Notes: generated by a model not told the origin, from the sequence alone. A stretch of 64,000 nucleotides of DNA from an uncultured Alphaproteobacteria bacterium (GCA_963766415.1 CAVYAH010000035.1:8773-72772); one strand, 5' to 3'. Counted from the stretch's first letter, positions 10,723 to 21,127 are shown. A program made the numbers and translations.

Positions 10723-11780
10723 TCGTCCCGGCCTGGAATGCCGAAGCGACGTTGGCGGAAACGCTGGCGTCGGTTGCGAACCAAACGTACCGCAGTCTCG
10801 AGATCATCATCGTTGATGACGGCTCGACCGATGCGACAGCGCAGATCGCTTCCGACTTCTGCAGAAATGAGTTCCGCGCGCGGCTAATTCGCAAGGAAAA
10901 TGGTGGTGTCGCGTCGGCGCGAAATTGCGCCATTGAAGACTCGAAAGGCGAATGGATCGCGCCGATCGATGCAGACGATCTGTGGCACCCCACAAGGATC
11001 GAGAAGATGTTGGACGCCGCGATGTCGGCACCGGAGCCTCCAGGCTTCGTCTATAGCTGGTGCCGACACATTGACGGCGAGAGCAGAATCACGGGTTCAG
11101 GGCCGCGCTGGGCTGTTCAAGGACGTGCATTCCTCGAGATGGCGTATTTGAACGTTGTGGGAAATGGCAGCGGCCTGCTCGCGTCGAGCGACGCTATTCG
11201 TGAGGTTGGCGGTTATGACGCGTCCCTCCGCGAAGCGCGAGCGCAGGGAGCGGAGGATCTGCTAGCGCAAATCCGAATAGCCCGCCGGCATCCGGTAACG
11301 GTGGTTCCCGAGCATCTCGTCGGTTGGCGGCAAGTCGGCAACAGCATGTCGAGCGATGTCGAACAGATGGACCGGTCTTGCCGTCTCGTTTACAGGCGTC
11401 TCGCCGAGGACGGAACTCCAGTGCCGAGGCTCGTCGAGCGACGGATGCTCGCCTCATCGGCGTTGGATTTGGCCGAATATTACGCGTACAATCGGAAGTT
11501 CGGGCGCGCGCTAAACTGGCTTTCGCGCGCACTCATATTCGATCCTCTGCGCAGCGGCCTATTCGTTGCCCATCGCATCGCTCGATCAGCGCGACGAAAG
11601 CTCGGACCCACCGCGGCAATCAAGCAGGCTTCCCATTTCCTTGATGCGGATCCGTCAGCGTGCATCCATCCAGATCCGTACCGCTTGAAGCGTTTCGAGG
11701 AGTTGCTCGGGAATATCGATTTGCGCAGGCTCGAGCGGCTGGCCGAAGTGGACAAGACAGTCGAAGTCGAACGCGAATAG
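10605..11780 (+). CDS. Glycosyltransferase family 2 (true start uncertain, near 10700)
   Basis: VSVVVPAWNA, IVDDGSTD, GVASARN, PIDADD and GAEDL. Confidence 0.88.
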   Translation: MARGRSCLARNVGPRSRTKRADRTRRAKGSADASTLVSVVVPAWNAEATLAETLASVANQTYRSLEIIIVDDGSTDATAQIASDFCRNEFRARLIRKENGGVASARNCAIEDSKGEWIAPIDADDLWHPTRIEKMLDAAMSAPEPPGFVYSWCRHIDGESRITGSGPRWAVQGRAFLEMAYLNVVGNGSGLLASSDAIREVGGYDASLREARAQGAEDLLAQIRIARRHPVTVVPEHLVGWRQVGNSMSSDVEQMDRSCRLVYRRLAEDGTPVPRLVERRMLASSALDLAEYYAYNRKFGRALNWLSRALIFDPLRSGLFVAHRIARSARRKLGPTAAIKQASHFLDADPSACIHPDPYRLKRFEELLGNIDLRRLERLAEVDKTVEVERE

Positions 11781-11891
11781 TCGCGCGGCGGATCGAGCTT
11801 CCAGCTTAGCCCGACGGGCGCCGAAACGATATCCACAGCTCCCTCGCGTCGTTCTCGACCAGCGCCGCTGCCTTTGCCGATTTGGGTCCTC

Positions 11892-12830
11892 CTATGAAGG
11901 CCCTAGTTGCGATGAAAGGCTCCGGGCATTCCAATCGCCGACGTGAAGTCGCGGAAGTGCGAAGGGACGTGACGTCGCTTTGACAGGTGTTCCAATCGTC
12001 GCGCACGCGCAAGTGAAGCCAGCTTCGCTGACAATCTGTTCGCACTCCGCGTCAAAATGACCGTAGGGGTAAGCGAAGCTTGCCGGGCGTTCGCCAGTAA
12101 GTCTTTCACATCGCTCGACACTGTCGCGAATCTCTCGTGCTTTCTCGCTGCTGGCCAGACTGGAGAGCCAAGGATGGGTGAGGGCGTGTGATCCGAACTC
12201 AATGCAACCTTTCGCTATCAGCCCTACTTGCGCGGGGCTCATCGGTCGGGGCGCCGATTTGGCAGATTCTAAAGACTGGCTCCGCAACTCTTCCATCGCA
12301 CGCTCGATCTCAGCAGGGGGGCGTTCCCGAAGAGCCGCCCAAAGGCGTTGGAACGCTTGCTGGCGGGCAGTGACCGGAGGAGCGCCGGGCTTCCACTGGC
12401 CGTCCCGCGGATCTTGGTCTCCGACGAAAGCTGCCTCGCCGTCGACGACCATGTGATCCCGGTCGTGGGCCAAGACGATATGCTCCAGCTCGTCCCACCA
12501 GAAGGGCCTGCCGCGCTCGATCAGTTCGGGAGGGACGAAAATCGTCGCCGGAATGCCAAATTCCTCGAGCAGCGGCGCCGCGACCTCCGCAGTGCAGGCG
12601 TAGCCGTCGTCGAAGGTCAGTGCGATGGCGTTACCAGGGAGGGTCCGGTCGCGATGTCTCGCAGCAAATTCTCTAAGCGGAAGTGCAATTCTGTCCGCTG
12701 AGATCCAGGCCAACTGCTTCCTGAACTGGCCCGGTGGAACTGCCAGCCCCCAGGGGTCGAATGCTTCCTCGGCAATGCGGTGGTACATCAGGATTGCTGG
12801 GCGCGGGCCGCGCGGGACCAGCCGCTGCAC
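11892..12830 (-). CDS. Polysaccharide deacetylase (NodB/CE4)
   Basis: ILMYHRI, LTFDDGY, FGSHALTHP and FAYPYG motifs. Confidence 0.9.
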   Translation of the reverse strand: MQRLVPRGPRPAILMYHRIAEEAFDPWGLAVPPGQFRKQLAWISADRIALPLREFAARHRDRTLPGNAIALTFDDGYACTAEVAAPLLEEFGIPATIFVPPELIERGRPFWWDELEHIVLAHDRDHMVVDGEAAFVGDQDPRDGQWKPGAPPVTARQQAFQRLWAALRERPPAEIERAMEELRSQSLESAKSAPRPMSPAQVGLIAKGCIEFGSHALTHPWLSSLASSEKAREIRDSVERCERLTGERPASFAYPYGHFDAECEQIVSEAGFTCACATIGTPVKATSRPFALPRLHVGDWNARSLSSQLGPS

Positions 12831-12896
12831 GCTCCGGTACGCTGCGCCTGATGTCCTTCTAAGCAGGGAATACCAGGGCTTTATTTCGGCCCCTCC

Positions 12897-13583
12897 TCAG
12901 GCAACTGCGCGAGCGCAAATGACGACAGCAAATCCAGGCATCGCGTTCTGCAGCTTTTTCCTGTTCGTCTCTTCGACCGCTGCCCCGTGGAGGAAGGTCG
13001 TCGCGGCATAAAGGTTGCCGAACGCCGAAACGCTGACCTTCTCGGGGTCGAAGCTGCTCGACAGAAGTCGCTCGAGCGAGCGCGACGTAAACAGCCAGTA
13101 ATGGCTGTCTTGCCATTCGTCGGCGCAAATCGGACTGATGGCGGGCACCGTCACAAGAAGCACGCCGCCAGGTCGAAGGGCCTGGCGCAAATGTCGAACG
13201 GCCAATTCAAGGTCGAATATATATTGGAGCGTCTGGGTCAGGACGATGCAGTCAAAGGCATTCTCCGGCAGCGTTCCGACCGCAGCAAGATCGCCGACGA
13301 TCGTTGCGCTCGGATTGCCGGCGTGGACGTGGAGCACGTCCTGCTTTCGAATGCGATTCCCGCCAAATCGGCGCGAGTATGAATCATCACCGACCTCCAG
13401 CACATTGCCCCGGATATCGGCCGAAGTCTCGGCGAGAAACGTCTCTATATAGAGCCGGTCGATGGGTGTTCCCCGGTCGTAACCGTAAACGCTGCTGAGC
13501 GGATGAGAGCTACTTATCCTGCCGATGCGAAGAGCAGCACTGCCGCGCATACGCCGCGCCGTATGCAGCACGTTGCGCACCAT
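12897..13583 (-). CDS. SAM-dependent methyltransferase (glycan-locus type)
   Basis: GYDRGTPIDRLYIE, VLEVGD, FDCIVLTQTLQYI and LRPGGVLLVTVP. Confidence 0.8.
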   Translation of the reverse strand: MVRNVLHTARRMRGSAALRIGRISSSHPLSSVYGYDRGTPIDRLYIETFLAETSADIRGNVLEVGDDSYSRRFGGNRIRKQDVLHVHAGNPSATIVGDLAAVGTLPENAFDCIVLTQTLQYIFDLELAVRHLRQALRPGGVLLVTVPAISPICADEWQDSHYWLFTSRSLERLLSSSFDPEKVSVSAFGNLYAATTFLHGAAVEETNRKKLQNAMPGFAVVICARAVA

Positions 13584-13642
13584 GGGTCGGATGCGGCTGC
13601 GTATGGAAATGACATCCCCCACGCGCGAGTTGATGTGCGGGT

Positions 13643-14662
13643 CTAATCTCCGTCGGCGTCCGCGCAAAGAGCCCCGCCGCTCAAAAGCAGTGAATCTGGC
13701 GCGGACGATGCGAACGCATCGCGGAACCACGATATTGTGCGCGCAAGGCCATCAGTGAGATCTACTTTGGGTTCCCAGCCCAAAATCTCACGTGCCTGAC
13801 GAATGTCCGGCTGGCGCTGCCTTGGATCGTCGACAGGAAGGGGAGAATAGTTCAATTCAACGTCCGATCCGGACAGGTCGATCACCTTTCGAGCAAGCTC
13901 CCGAACGGAGATTTCAACCGGGTTACCAACGTTGAACGGACCCGTGACGTCATCCGGCGTATTCATGAACCGGATCAGCGCATCGACCGTATCGTCGACA
14001 TAACAGAAGCTGCGCGTCTGGGTGCCGTCGCCGTAGATGGTGATCGGCCGTCGCTCCAGCGCATGGACGATGAAGTTGGAGACGACGCGTCCATCACTCG
14101 GATGCATGCGCGGCCCGTAGGTATTGAAGATCCGGGCGACCTTGATGCTGATGCCGAGCTGGCGGCGGTAATCGAAGAATAGGGTCTCGGCGCAGCGCTT
14201 CCCCTCATCATAGCAGCTCCTCGGCCCGATCGGGTTCACATGTCCCCAATAATCCTCGGTTTGCGGATGGACGGCCGGATCGCCGTAGACCTCGCTGGTG
14301 GATGCCTGGAGGATCGGGATCCGCAGCCTCTTCGCCAATCCAAGCATGTTGATCGCCCCCGAGACGCTGGTCTTAGTCGTTTGGATTGGATCGTGCTGGT
14401 AGTGAATCGGCGAGGCCGGACAGGCGAGATTATAAATCTGGTCCACTTCGACATAGAGCGGGAAGGTAACGTCGTGACGAAGCATCTCGAAGGCAGGGTG
14501 GCCAAGAAGATGGCTGATGTTGCGTCTGCTGCCCGTGAAGAAATTGTCGACGCACAGGACCTCGTGGCCGTCCGCGATCAAGCGATCGCAAAGGTGCGAA
14601 CCGATAAAGCCCGAGCCGCCGGTAACCAATATGCGCTTTTGGTCAGAATGAATGCGAACCAT
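13643..14662 (-). CDS. uxs: UDP-glucuronic acid decarboxylase (UDP-xylose synthase), SDR family
   Basis: [36 protein letters not shown] and RIFNTYGP. Confidence 0.92.
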   Translation of the reverse strand: MVRIHSDQKRILVTGGSGFIGSHLCDRLIADGHEVLCVDNFFTGSRRNISHLLGHPAFEMLRHDVTFPLYVEVDQIYNLACPASPIHYQHDPIQTTKTSVSGAINMLGLAKRLRIPILQASTSEVYGDPAVHPQTEDYWGHVNPIGPRSCYDEGKRCAETLFFDYRRQLGISIKVARIFNTYGPRMHPSDGRVVSNFIVHALERRPITIYGDGTQTRSFCYVDDTVDALIRFMNTPDDVTGPFNVGNPVEISVRELARKVIDLSGSDVELNYSPLPVDDPRQRQPDIRQAREILGWEPKVDLTDGLARTISWFRDAFASSAPDSLLLSGGALCADADGD

Positions 14663-14780
14663 GGTGAAGCGGCTAGTCCAAGAGCGTTCAAAAGAGAACA
14701 CAGGTGATAACTCGATCGCGCGGGGCCGATCTTTGACCCGTATCGGAACGCTGCTCGACCGTACCATCGGCCACTGATGC

Positions 14781-14807
14781 AAAAAGGGCGGCCGCACGGG
14801 CCGCCCT
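14781..14807 (-). terminator. Rho-independent terminator of rpsD
   Basis: AGGGCGGCC-N5-GGCCGCCCT stem followed by a U-tract on the minus strand. Confidence 0.75.
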
Positions 14808-14834
14808 CGATGATTTCGCGTGGATCCTCGCGGA

Positions 14835-15449
14835 CTAGCGCGAGTAGAACTCGATCACGAGGTTCGGCTCCATCCGCACGGGATAGGGCACCTCGTCCAG
14901 CTTCGGGACGCGGGTGAACGTAACCTTCGAGGTGCCATCCGGAACCACGTAATCGGGGATATCGCGCTCGGCGAGGCTCTGCGCTTCGATCACCAGCGCC
15001 ATCTCCTGCGCCTTCGGACCAAGCTCAACCACATCATTCACGTCCACCTTGCGCGAAGCGATGTTGCACTTCACGCCGTTGACGCGAATGTGGCCGTGGC
15101 TGACCAGCTGGCGCGCGGCCCAGATCGTCGGCGCGAACTTGGCGCGGTAGGCAACCATGTCGAGGCGGCGCTCGAGCAGGCCGATGAGGTTCTGCGAAGC
15201 GTCGCCCTTCATCGCCGTCGCCTGGGTATAGTTCTTCTTGAACTGCTTTTCGGTGATGTCGCCGTAATAGCCCTTGAGCTTCTGCTTGGCGCGGAGCTGA
15301 ATGCCGTAGTCGCTAAGCTTGCCCTTGCGGCGTTGGCCATGCTGGCCGGGGCCATATTCGCGGCGGTTCACCGGGCTCTTGGGACGTCCGAAGACGTTCT
15401 CGCCCATGCGGCGGTCGAGCTTGTATTTGGCGCTGGTGCGCTTCGTCAC
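14835..15449 (-). CDS. rpsD: 30S ribosomal protein S4
   Basis: GTG start after GGAGA, 204 aa; [33 protein letters not shown] and IEFYSR. Confidence 0.97.
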   Translation of the reverse strand: MTKRTSAKYKLDRRMGENVFGRPKSPVNRREYGPGQHGQRRKGKLSDYGIQLRAKQKLKGYYGDITEKQFKKNYTQATAMKGDASQNLIGLLERRLDMVAYRAKFAPTIWAARQLVSHGHIRVNGVKCNIASRKVDVNDVVELGPKAQEMALVIEAQSLAERDIPDYVVPDGTSKVTFTRVPKLDEVPYPVRMEPNLVIEFYSR

Positions 15450-15588
15450 GTGTCGTTCTCCAATTTGCTTCTTACAGGTGCCCGGAACCGCACCGTTGGA
15501 CCTTGCGTCCAGCGCGATCGCCGCTTCACCGGGCATGCGGGATCAATTGCGAAGGCGCGCACCTAGGGGCGCGCTCGTCCAAGGTCAA
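15450..15588 (-). promoter_or_regulatory. rpsD promoter (-35 TTGACC) and structured 5' leader
   Basis: TTGACC at 15588-15583; nested inverted repeats 15479-15485/15529-15535 and 15497-15501/15507-15511. Confidence 0.55.
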
Positions 15589-15616
15589 GTTTTTGGGGGC
15601 TGTTCGCCCACACGCT

Positions 15617-15895
15617 TTACTGCGGACGGCCACCCATTACAGGCGGAACGTCATTGGGATTAAGGCCGCTGTTATCGCGGATGGTCCTTAAGGTGCGATC
15701 CAAATCGTCCTGAATGTCCTTCCACTCTGCCGCCGTATGGCAGATGCGCTTCGAGCTCGTGAAGTGCGAGCCGGTATCGGCGTCATAGACGCGCTTGCAG
15801 ATGACCTTGTCCGGTGCGTCCGCCGGCCTGTCCTTGGCTTGTGCCGCGGCGGCGGTGAACAGGAATGCGGCGGCAACGCTGAACATCATACGCAC
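15617..15895 (-). CDS. Small secreted hypothetical protein with a C..TGS..C motif
   Basis: Signal peptide (AAAAQA) followed by KVICKRVYDADTGSHFTSSKRICHTAAEW. Confidence 0.7.
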   Translation of the reverse strand: MRMMFSVAAAFLFTAAAAQAKDRPADAPDKVICKRVYDADTGSHFTSSKRICHTAAEWKDIQDDLDRTLRTIRDNSGLNPNDVPPVMGGRPQ

Positions 15896-15952
15896 AGAGA
15901 ACTTTCCCCCAACCAGATACCTGAACCCGTTAGCTATGAGTTGGCACGCCCG

Positions 15953-16672
15953 CTACGGGCGTTGCCGCGGCGGCTCGACCAACGCCCGGATGATTCCACG
16001 AACGGCTTTGACTTCGCGCGATGACCAACCGGTCTTGGTGAAAATGGTTCGAAGGGTGTTCTTGGTCGATTGAGTGCGTGAGGGCGGGTGGAAATAGCCC
16101 TTTGAGTGAAGCTCGTCGTTCAGCTGTCCCAAGAGACCTTCGATCTCGCGGTGCGGCGCAACCGGCTCCAGCTCCTTCGCCGGTGGCTGCGCGAGACCGC
16201 TTCGCCGAGACCATTCATAGGCCAGCAGGATCACGGCCTGTGCGAGGTTGAGCGAGCCGAATTCAGGGTTGATCGGCACGGTCACGATTGCGCTCGCGAG
16301 TGCGACGTCCTCGGTCTCGAGACCGGATCGTTCAGGGCCGAAGAGGATGGCGCCGCGCCCTCCTGAGGCGGCAATCTGGTCCGCCATCTGCTCGGGGCCG
16401 AGCACCGGCATTACGAGCTCCCGGCGGCGGACTGTCGAGGCGAAGACCTGGTTGCAGTCCGCGATCGCTTCGGCGACCGTGTCGAAGACCTCGGCCCGCT
16501 CGAGCACGACGTCTGCGCCGCTTGCGGCAGGCCCGGCGTCCGGGTTGGGCCAGCCGTCGCGAGGAGCGACAAGCCGCATCTCGGTCAGCCCGAAATTGAG
16601 CATCGCCCGCGCGGCCTTGCCGATATTCTGGCCGAGCTGCGGCCGGACGAGGACGATGACGGGCTTGTTCAT
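15953..16672 (-). CDS. SPOUT RNA methyltransferase, TrmJ/LasT family
   Basis: RPQLGQNIGKAARAMLNFG, ILFGPERSGL and SLNLAQAV. Confidence 0.9.
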   Translation of the reverse strand: MNKPVIVLVRPQLGQNIGKAARAMLNFGLTEMRLVAPRDGWPNPDAGPAASGADVVLERAEVFDTVAEAIADCNQVFASTVRRRELVMPVLGPEQMADQIAASGGRGAILFGPERSGLETEDVALASAIVTVPINPEFGSLNLAQAVILLAYEWSRRSGLAQPPAKELEPVAPHREIEGLLGQLNDELHSKGYFHPPSRTQSTKNTLRTIFTKTGWSSREVKAVRGIIRALVEPPRQRP

Positions 16673-16691
16673 TTGCACGTTCGGGCCCCCG

Positions 16692-17186
16692 TCACAGCAG
16701 CCGATCCGGAGGTGTTGGCTTGGGCTTTTCGGGCGGAGGTTCCTCGCCGACGGCGCCGGCGATCTCGGCGAAATCGCCCGGCTCGCTGAAGTCCTTGTAG
16801 ACGCTTGCGAAGCGAATGTAGGCGACGTGGTCGAGCGCTTTGAGGCCATCCATGACCGCTTCGCCGATCTGGGTCGTCGTGACCTCGTCGCCGCGGGTTT
16901 CGAGTTGGCGTTGGATCGAGGAGATCATGCGGTCGATCCGGTCCGGGCTGATGTCGCGCTTGCGGCAGGCAATGGCGATCGAGCGGGCGAGCTTGTCGCG
17001 GTCGAACGGCTCGCGCTCGCCGTCCTTCTTCACGACGGTGAGGTCGCGCAACTGGACGCGTTCGAACGTCGTGAAGCGAGCGCCGCACGCCTCGCACTGG
17101 CGGCGGCGCCGGATCGCGGCGCCGTCTTCGCTCGGGCGGCTGTCCTTAACCTGGCTGTCTTCGTGCGCGCAGAAGGGGCAGCGCAT
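16692..17186 (-). CDS. nrdR: Transcriptional regulator NrdR
   Basis: MRCPFC...DSR...[16 protein letters not shown] zinc ribbon plus ATP cone, and AYIRFASVY. Confidence 0.96.
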   Translation of the reverse strand: MRCPFCAHEDSQVKDSRPSEDGAAIRRRRQCEACGARFTTFERVQLRDLTVVKKDGEREPFDRDKLARSIAIACRKRDISPDRIDRMISSIQRQLETRGDEVTTTQIGEAVMDGLKALDHVAYIRFASVYKDFSEPGDFAEIAGAVGEEPPPEKPKPTPPDRLL

Positions 17187-17198
17187 CCTTACGCCTGA

Positions 17199-18518
17199 CT
17201 AGCCCTGGTAGATGGGGAAACGTGCGCAGAGCTCACGAACGCGCTCGTTCACTCGTGCTTCAACGGCGCCGTTGTTATCGAGGCCGTTCTCTTTCAGCCC
17301 GTCGAGGACGTCGGCCACCATGTCGGCAATGTCGCGGAACTCGGCCTCACCGAAGCCGCGGGTGGTGCCGGCCGGCGAGCCGACGCGGATCCCGCTCGTC
17401 TTGACCGGCGGAAGCGGGTCGAACGGTACCCCGTTCTTGTTGCAGGTGATCCCGGCCCTTTCGAGGCTCTCGTCGGCGTCCTTGCCGGTCAGCGAGAGGG
17501 GACGCAGGTCGACGAGAGCGAGGTGGGTGTCGGTGCCGCCTGCAACCAAGTCAGCGCCGCGCTCCTTCAGTCTGTTGGCGAGCGTCTTGGCGTTGGCGAT
17601 TACCGCCTTCGCATAAGCCTTGAACTCGGGCTGGAGCGCTTCTCCGAAGGCAACCGCCTTGGCAGCGATCACGTGCATCAGCGGACCGCCTTGAAGGCCT
17701 GGGAAGACGGCCGAATTGATCTTCTTGGCGATGGCCTCGTCGTCGGTGAGGACCATGCCGCCCCGAGGGCCGCGCAGGGTCTTGTGGGTCGTTGTCGTCA
17801 CGACATGGGCGTGGCCGAACGGGCTCGGGTGCTCGCCGGCAGCAACCAGGCCGGCGAAATGGGCCATGTCGACGAAGAAATAGGCGCCGACTTCGTCGCA
17901 GATCGCGCGGAAGCGCTCGAAATCGAAATGGCGTGGATAAGCCGAGCCGCCGGCGATGATCATCTTCGGCCGGTGTTCCTTGGCGAGGCGTTCGACCTCG
18001 TCGAAGTCGACGAGATGATCGTCCTTGCCGGACACCGTATTGGACCGCGTTGAACCATTTGCCGGACTGGGCGGGCGGCGCGCCGTGGGTTAGGTGGCCA
18101 CCGGCCGCGAGGCTGAGGCCCATGATCGTGTCGCCGGGCTTCAGGAGCGCCATCATCACGGCGCCGTTGGCCTGTGCGCCGGAATGCGGCTGGACGTTCG
18201 CGAACTGGCAGCCGAACAGCTTCTTCGCGCGCTCGATCGCCAGCGTCTCGACGGCGTCCGAAGGTGCGCAGCCCTGATAATAGCGTCGGCCGGGATAGCC
18301 CTCGGCATATTTGTTCGTGAGGACCGAGCCCTGGGCCTCGAGCACCGCCTTGCTGACGATATTCTCCGACGCGATCAGCTCGATCTGGGTCTGCTCGCGC
18401 TGTAGCTCGTCATGGACGGCGTCTCGACCGCGGGATCGATCTCGCTGAGCCCGCTGGTGAAAAAGCCGTGCGGGACGCGGTAGCGCTGGTCGCGGTCGAG
18501 GTCGGCGGCGGTGGCCAT
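17199..18518 (-). CDS. glyA: Serine hydroxymethyltransferase (frameshifts near 18420 and 18040)
   Basis: [46 protein letters not shown] and PGLQGGP. Confidence 0.96.
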
Positions 18519-18965
18519 CAGTCGAAGTCCTGCGATTGAATGGGAGAGCTGATCGACGCGGCGCTGGTGGCGCCCGCCTTCGAACTCGGTCGCGAGAAAA
18601 GCGGTAACGCAGGCCTTCGCCATTTCGACGCCGATCAGCCGAGCGCCGAGGGCGATCGCATTGGCGTCATTGTGCTGGCGAGCGAGTGTCGCTGACAAGG
18701 GCTCCGCGATCTGTGCGCAGCGGCATGCCGGATTACGGTTGGCGGCGATTGCAACTCCGATACCGGAGCCGCAGACTGTGATCCCGCGCTCTGCTCGACG
18801 GTCGGCCAAGGCGTCGGCTAGCATCACGCCGAAGCGCGGATAGTCGACGCTTTCGTGACCATGGGTGCCAAGGTCGAGGATGTCGTGACCTTGCTCGGCG
18901 AGCCAGGCGGCGAGTTCGTCCTTGAGGTCGACCCCGGCATGGTCGGCGGTGAGTACGATGCGCAT
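18518..18965 (-). CDS. rpiB: Ribose 5-phosphate isomerase B
   Basis: [23 protein letters not shown] and FEGGRHQRR; probable TGATG overlap with glyA. Confidence 0.92.
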
Positions 18966-19053
18966 GATTGCTGACTACGGCAGGAGCGCGGGATTCGCCA
19001 GTGTCAGGCGGGAGCAATTCTGCCCGAGCGCTTACGGCTGCCATCGGCCGAAA

Positions 19054-20267
19054 TCAGGCTGCGAGCCGAATTTCTTCGCGGCCGAAGATCTCGATGAGCG
19101 CCTGCGTCAGCTCTTCCATCATCTCGGCGCTGTGCTGGGGGCCCGGCGTGAAGCGCAGGCGCTCCGTTCCGCGCGGTACGGTCGGGAAGTTGATCGGCTG
19201 AACGTAGAGGCCGTACTCGGCGAGCAGGATGTCGCTCACGCGTTTTGCCTTGACGGGGCATCCGACGAGAAGCGGCACGATGTGGGTGGCGCTCGGCATC
19301 ACCGGCAGGTTCGCGGCCGCGAACTTCGCTTTTAGCATCGCAGCGGCTTCCTGCTGTGCGATGCGCTCCTCATTCGACCGCTTGAGGTGCCGGACGCTCG
19401 CCGAGTGCACCGGCGACGAGCACGGGCGAGAGGCTTGTCGTGAAGATGAAGCCGGGCGCGTAGGAGCGGATGCAGTCGATGATCGGTCCTGTCGGCCGCG
19501 ATATAGCCGCCCATCACTCCGAACGCCTTGCCGAGCGTGCCCTCGATGATGGTCAGCCGATCCGCGACCGCGTCCCGATCGGATATGCCACCGCCCTGAT
19601 CGCCGTACATGCCCACGGCATGGACCTCGTCGAGATAGGTCAGCGCGCATATCTGTCGGCGAGGTCGCAGATCCGCGGCGATCGGCGCGATGTCGCCATC
19701 CATCGAATAAACGCTCTCGAAGGCGATCAGCTTGGGGGTGTCGGCGTCTTCGGTGGCGAGCAGCTCTTCGAGATGCTCGAGATCATTGTGGCGGAACACG
19801 CGCTTTTCGCAGCCGCTGTTCTTGATGCCGGCGATCATCGAGGCGTGGTTGAGCTCGTCCGAGAAGATCACGCAGCCGGGAAGCAGCTTGCCAAGCGTGG
19901 ACAACGCCGCCTCGTTGGAGACGTATCCGGACGTGAACAGCAAAGCGCCTTCCTTGCCATGAAGGCTCGCGAGCTCCGCTTCGAGCTCGGTATGATAATG
20001 CGTATTGCCGCTGATGTTCCTGGTGCCGCCCGAGCCGGCGCCGACTTCGCCCAGCGCCTTCTCCATTGCTTCGACCACGATTGGGTGCTGCCCCATGCAG
20101 AGATAGTCGTTCGAGCACCAGACGGTGATGGGCTTCGGTCCGTTGCCGCCGAAGCAGTGGGCGTTGGGGAAGCTGCCCTTGGTCCTCAGGATGTCGATGA
20201 ACACGCGGTAGCGGCCCTCATCGTGAAGGCGCGCGATCGCAGATCTGAAAATGCTATCGTAATCCAA
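19054..20267 (-). CDS. hemA: 5-aminolevulinate synthase (frameshifted)
   Basis: [46 protein letters not shown] and ERLRFTP. Confidence 0.95.
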
Positions 20268-20313
20268 GGGCCAACTCTTGCCCGCCCCTTAACTCCCGCT
20301 CTTGAGAGATTCC

Positions 20314-20332
20314 ATTGCGAACGACTCGCAAC
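20314..20332. promoter_or_regulatory. Putative Fur box upstream of hemA
   Basis: Palindrome TTGCGA-N5-TCGCAA (20315-20331), resembling the Caulobacter-type Fur motif. Confidence 0.55.
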
Positions 20333-20335
20333 AAA

Positions 20336-21127
20336 TCACAAGGTCAGGATTTGACCAAGGCCAAGTCTCGCAAGGACGCTGTCGAGTGGACGGCGGATGG
20401 GCGTGCCGGTGAAGACCAGGGTGCCTTCCGGCGGCGCGACGGGCCAGGGCTGGTCCTTTGTCAAATAGGCGATGCGCCGCGCGATGCCGGGACCTCCATC
20501 GACGTAGGTTATTCCCGGGAATGCAGAGCGCAGCTCATCGTCCAGGAGAGGAAAATGCGTGCAGGCGAGCACGACCGTGTCGATGAGGTCGCCGTCAGGC
20601 GCATCGAACATCGGCCGCGCAGCGGCTCTTACTTCTTCCACCCTGACCTCCTCGCCGGCGAGCTTGGCCTCAGCGAGCTCGACCAGTTGTGGCGAGCCGT
20701 GGCGCACGATTTTGCAGTCGGAGGCGAATTTCGCTGCGAGGTCGTCGACATAGGGCTGCCGCACCGTCGCCTCGGTTCCGAGTACGCCGATGACGCGGCT
20801 CGTCGATATTTCTGCGGCGGGCTTGATCGCGGGGACAGTGCCGACGACCGGCAAATCGAGCGCAAACCGCACATGGTCGAGCGCGATCGTTGAGGCGGTG
20901 TTGCAGGCGATGACGGCAAGGCGAGGATGGAAGCGCTCGACCAGGCGGCCGAGAAGCGCGGGAACGCGGCTCGCGATTTCCGCCTCCGTCCGCCTGCCAT
21001 AGGGGAAGCCAGCGCTGTCCGCGGCATAGACGATCGGGGCGTTCGGAAGCAGCTTTCGCGTCGGTTCCAGCACCGAAAGTCCGCCGACACCGGAATCGAA
21101 GAAAAGGATGGGTGCGCTCTGGTCCAC
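20336..21127 (-). CDS. murI: Glutamate racemase
   Basis: FDSGVGGLS, FPYG, IACNTAS and LACTHFP. Confidence 0.95.
   Translation of the reverse strand: MDQSAPILFFDSGVGGLSVLEPTRKLLPNAPIVYAADSAGFPYGRRTEAEIASRVPALLGRLVERFHPRLAVIACNTASTIALDHVRFALDLPVVGTVPAIKPAAEISTSRVIGVLGTEATVRQPYVDDLAAKFASDCKIVRHGSPQLVELAEAKLAGEEVRVEEVRAAARPMFDAPDGDLIDTVVLACTHFPLLDDELRSAFPGITYVDGGPGIARRIAYLTKDQPWPVAPPEGTLVFTGTPIRRPLDSVLARLGLGQILTL

Noticed and set aside
11781-11891. Coding-like minus-strand fragment and an 8/9 DnaA-box match between GT2 and the deacetylase
   Set aside because: Too short, with no start or motif; cannot be supported.
18375-18965. Apparent in-frame RpiB-GlyA N-terminal fusion
   Set aside because: A TGATG stop/start overlap at 18520-18516 fits two separate genes with one indel near the rpiB end.
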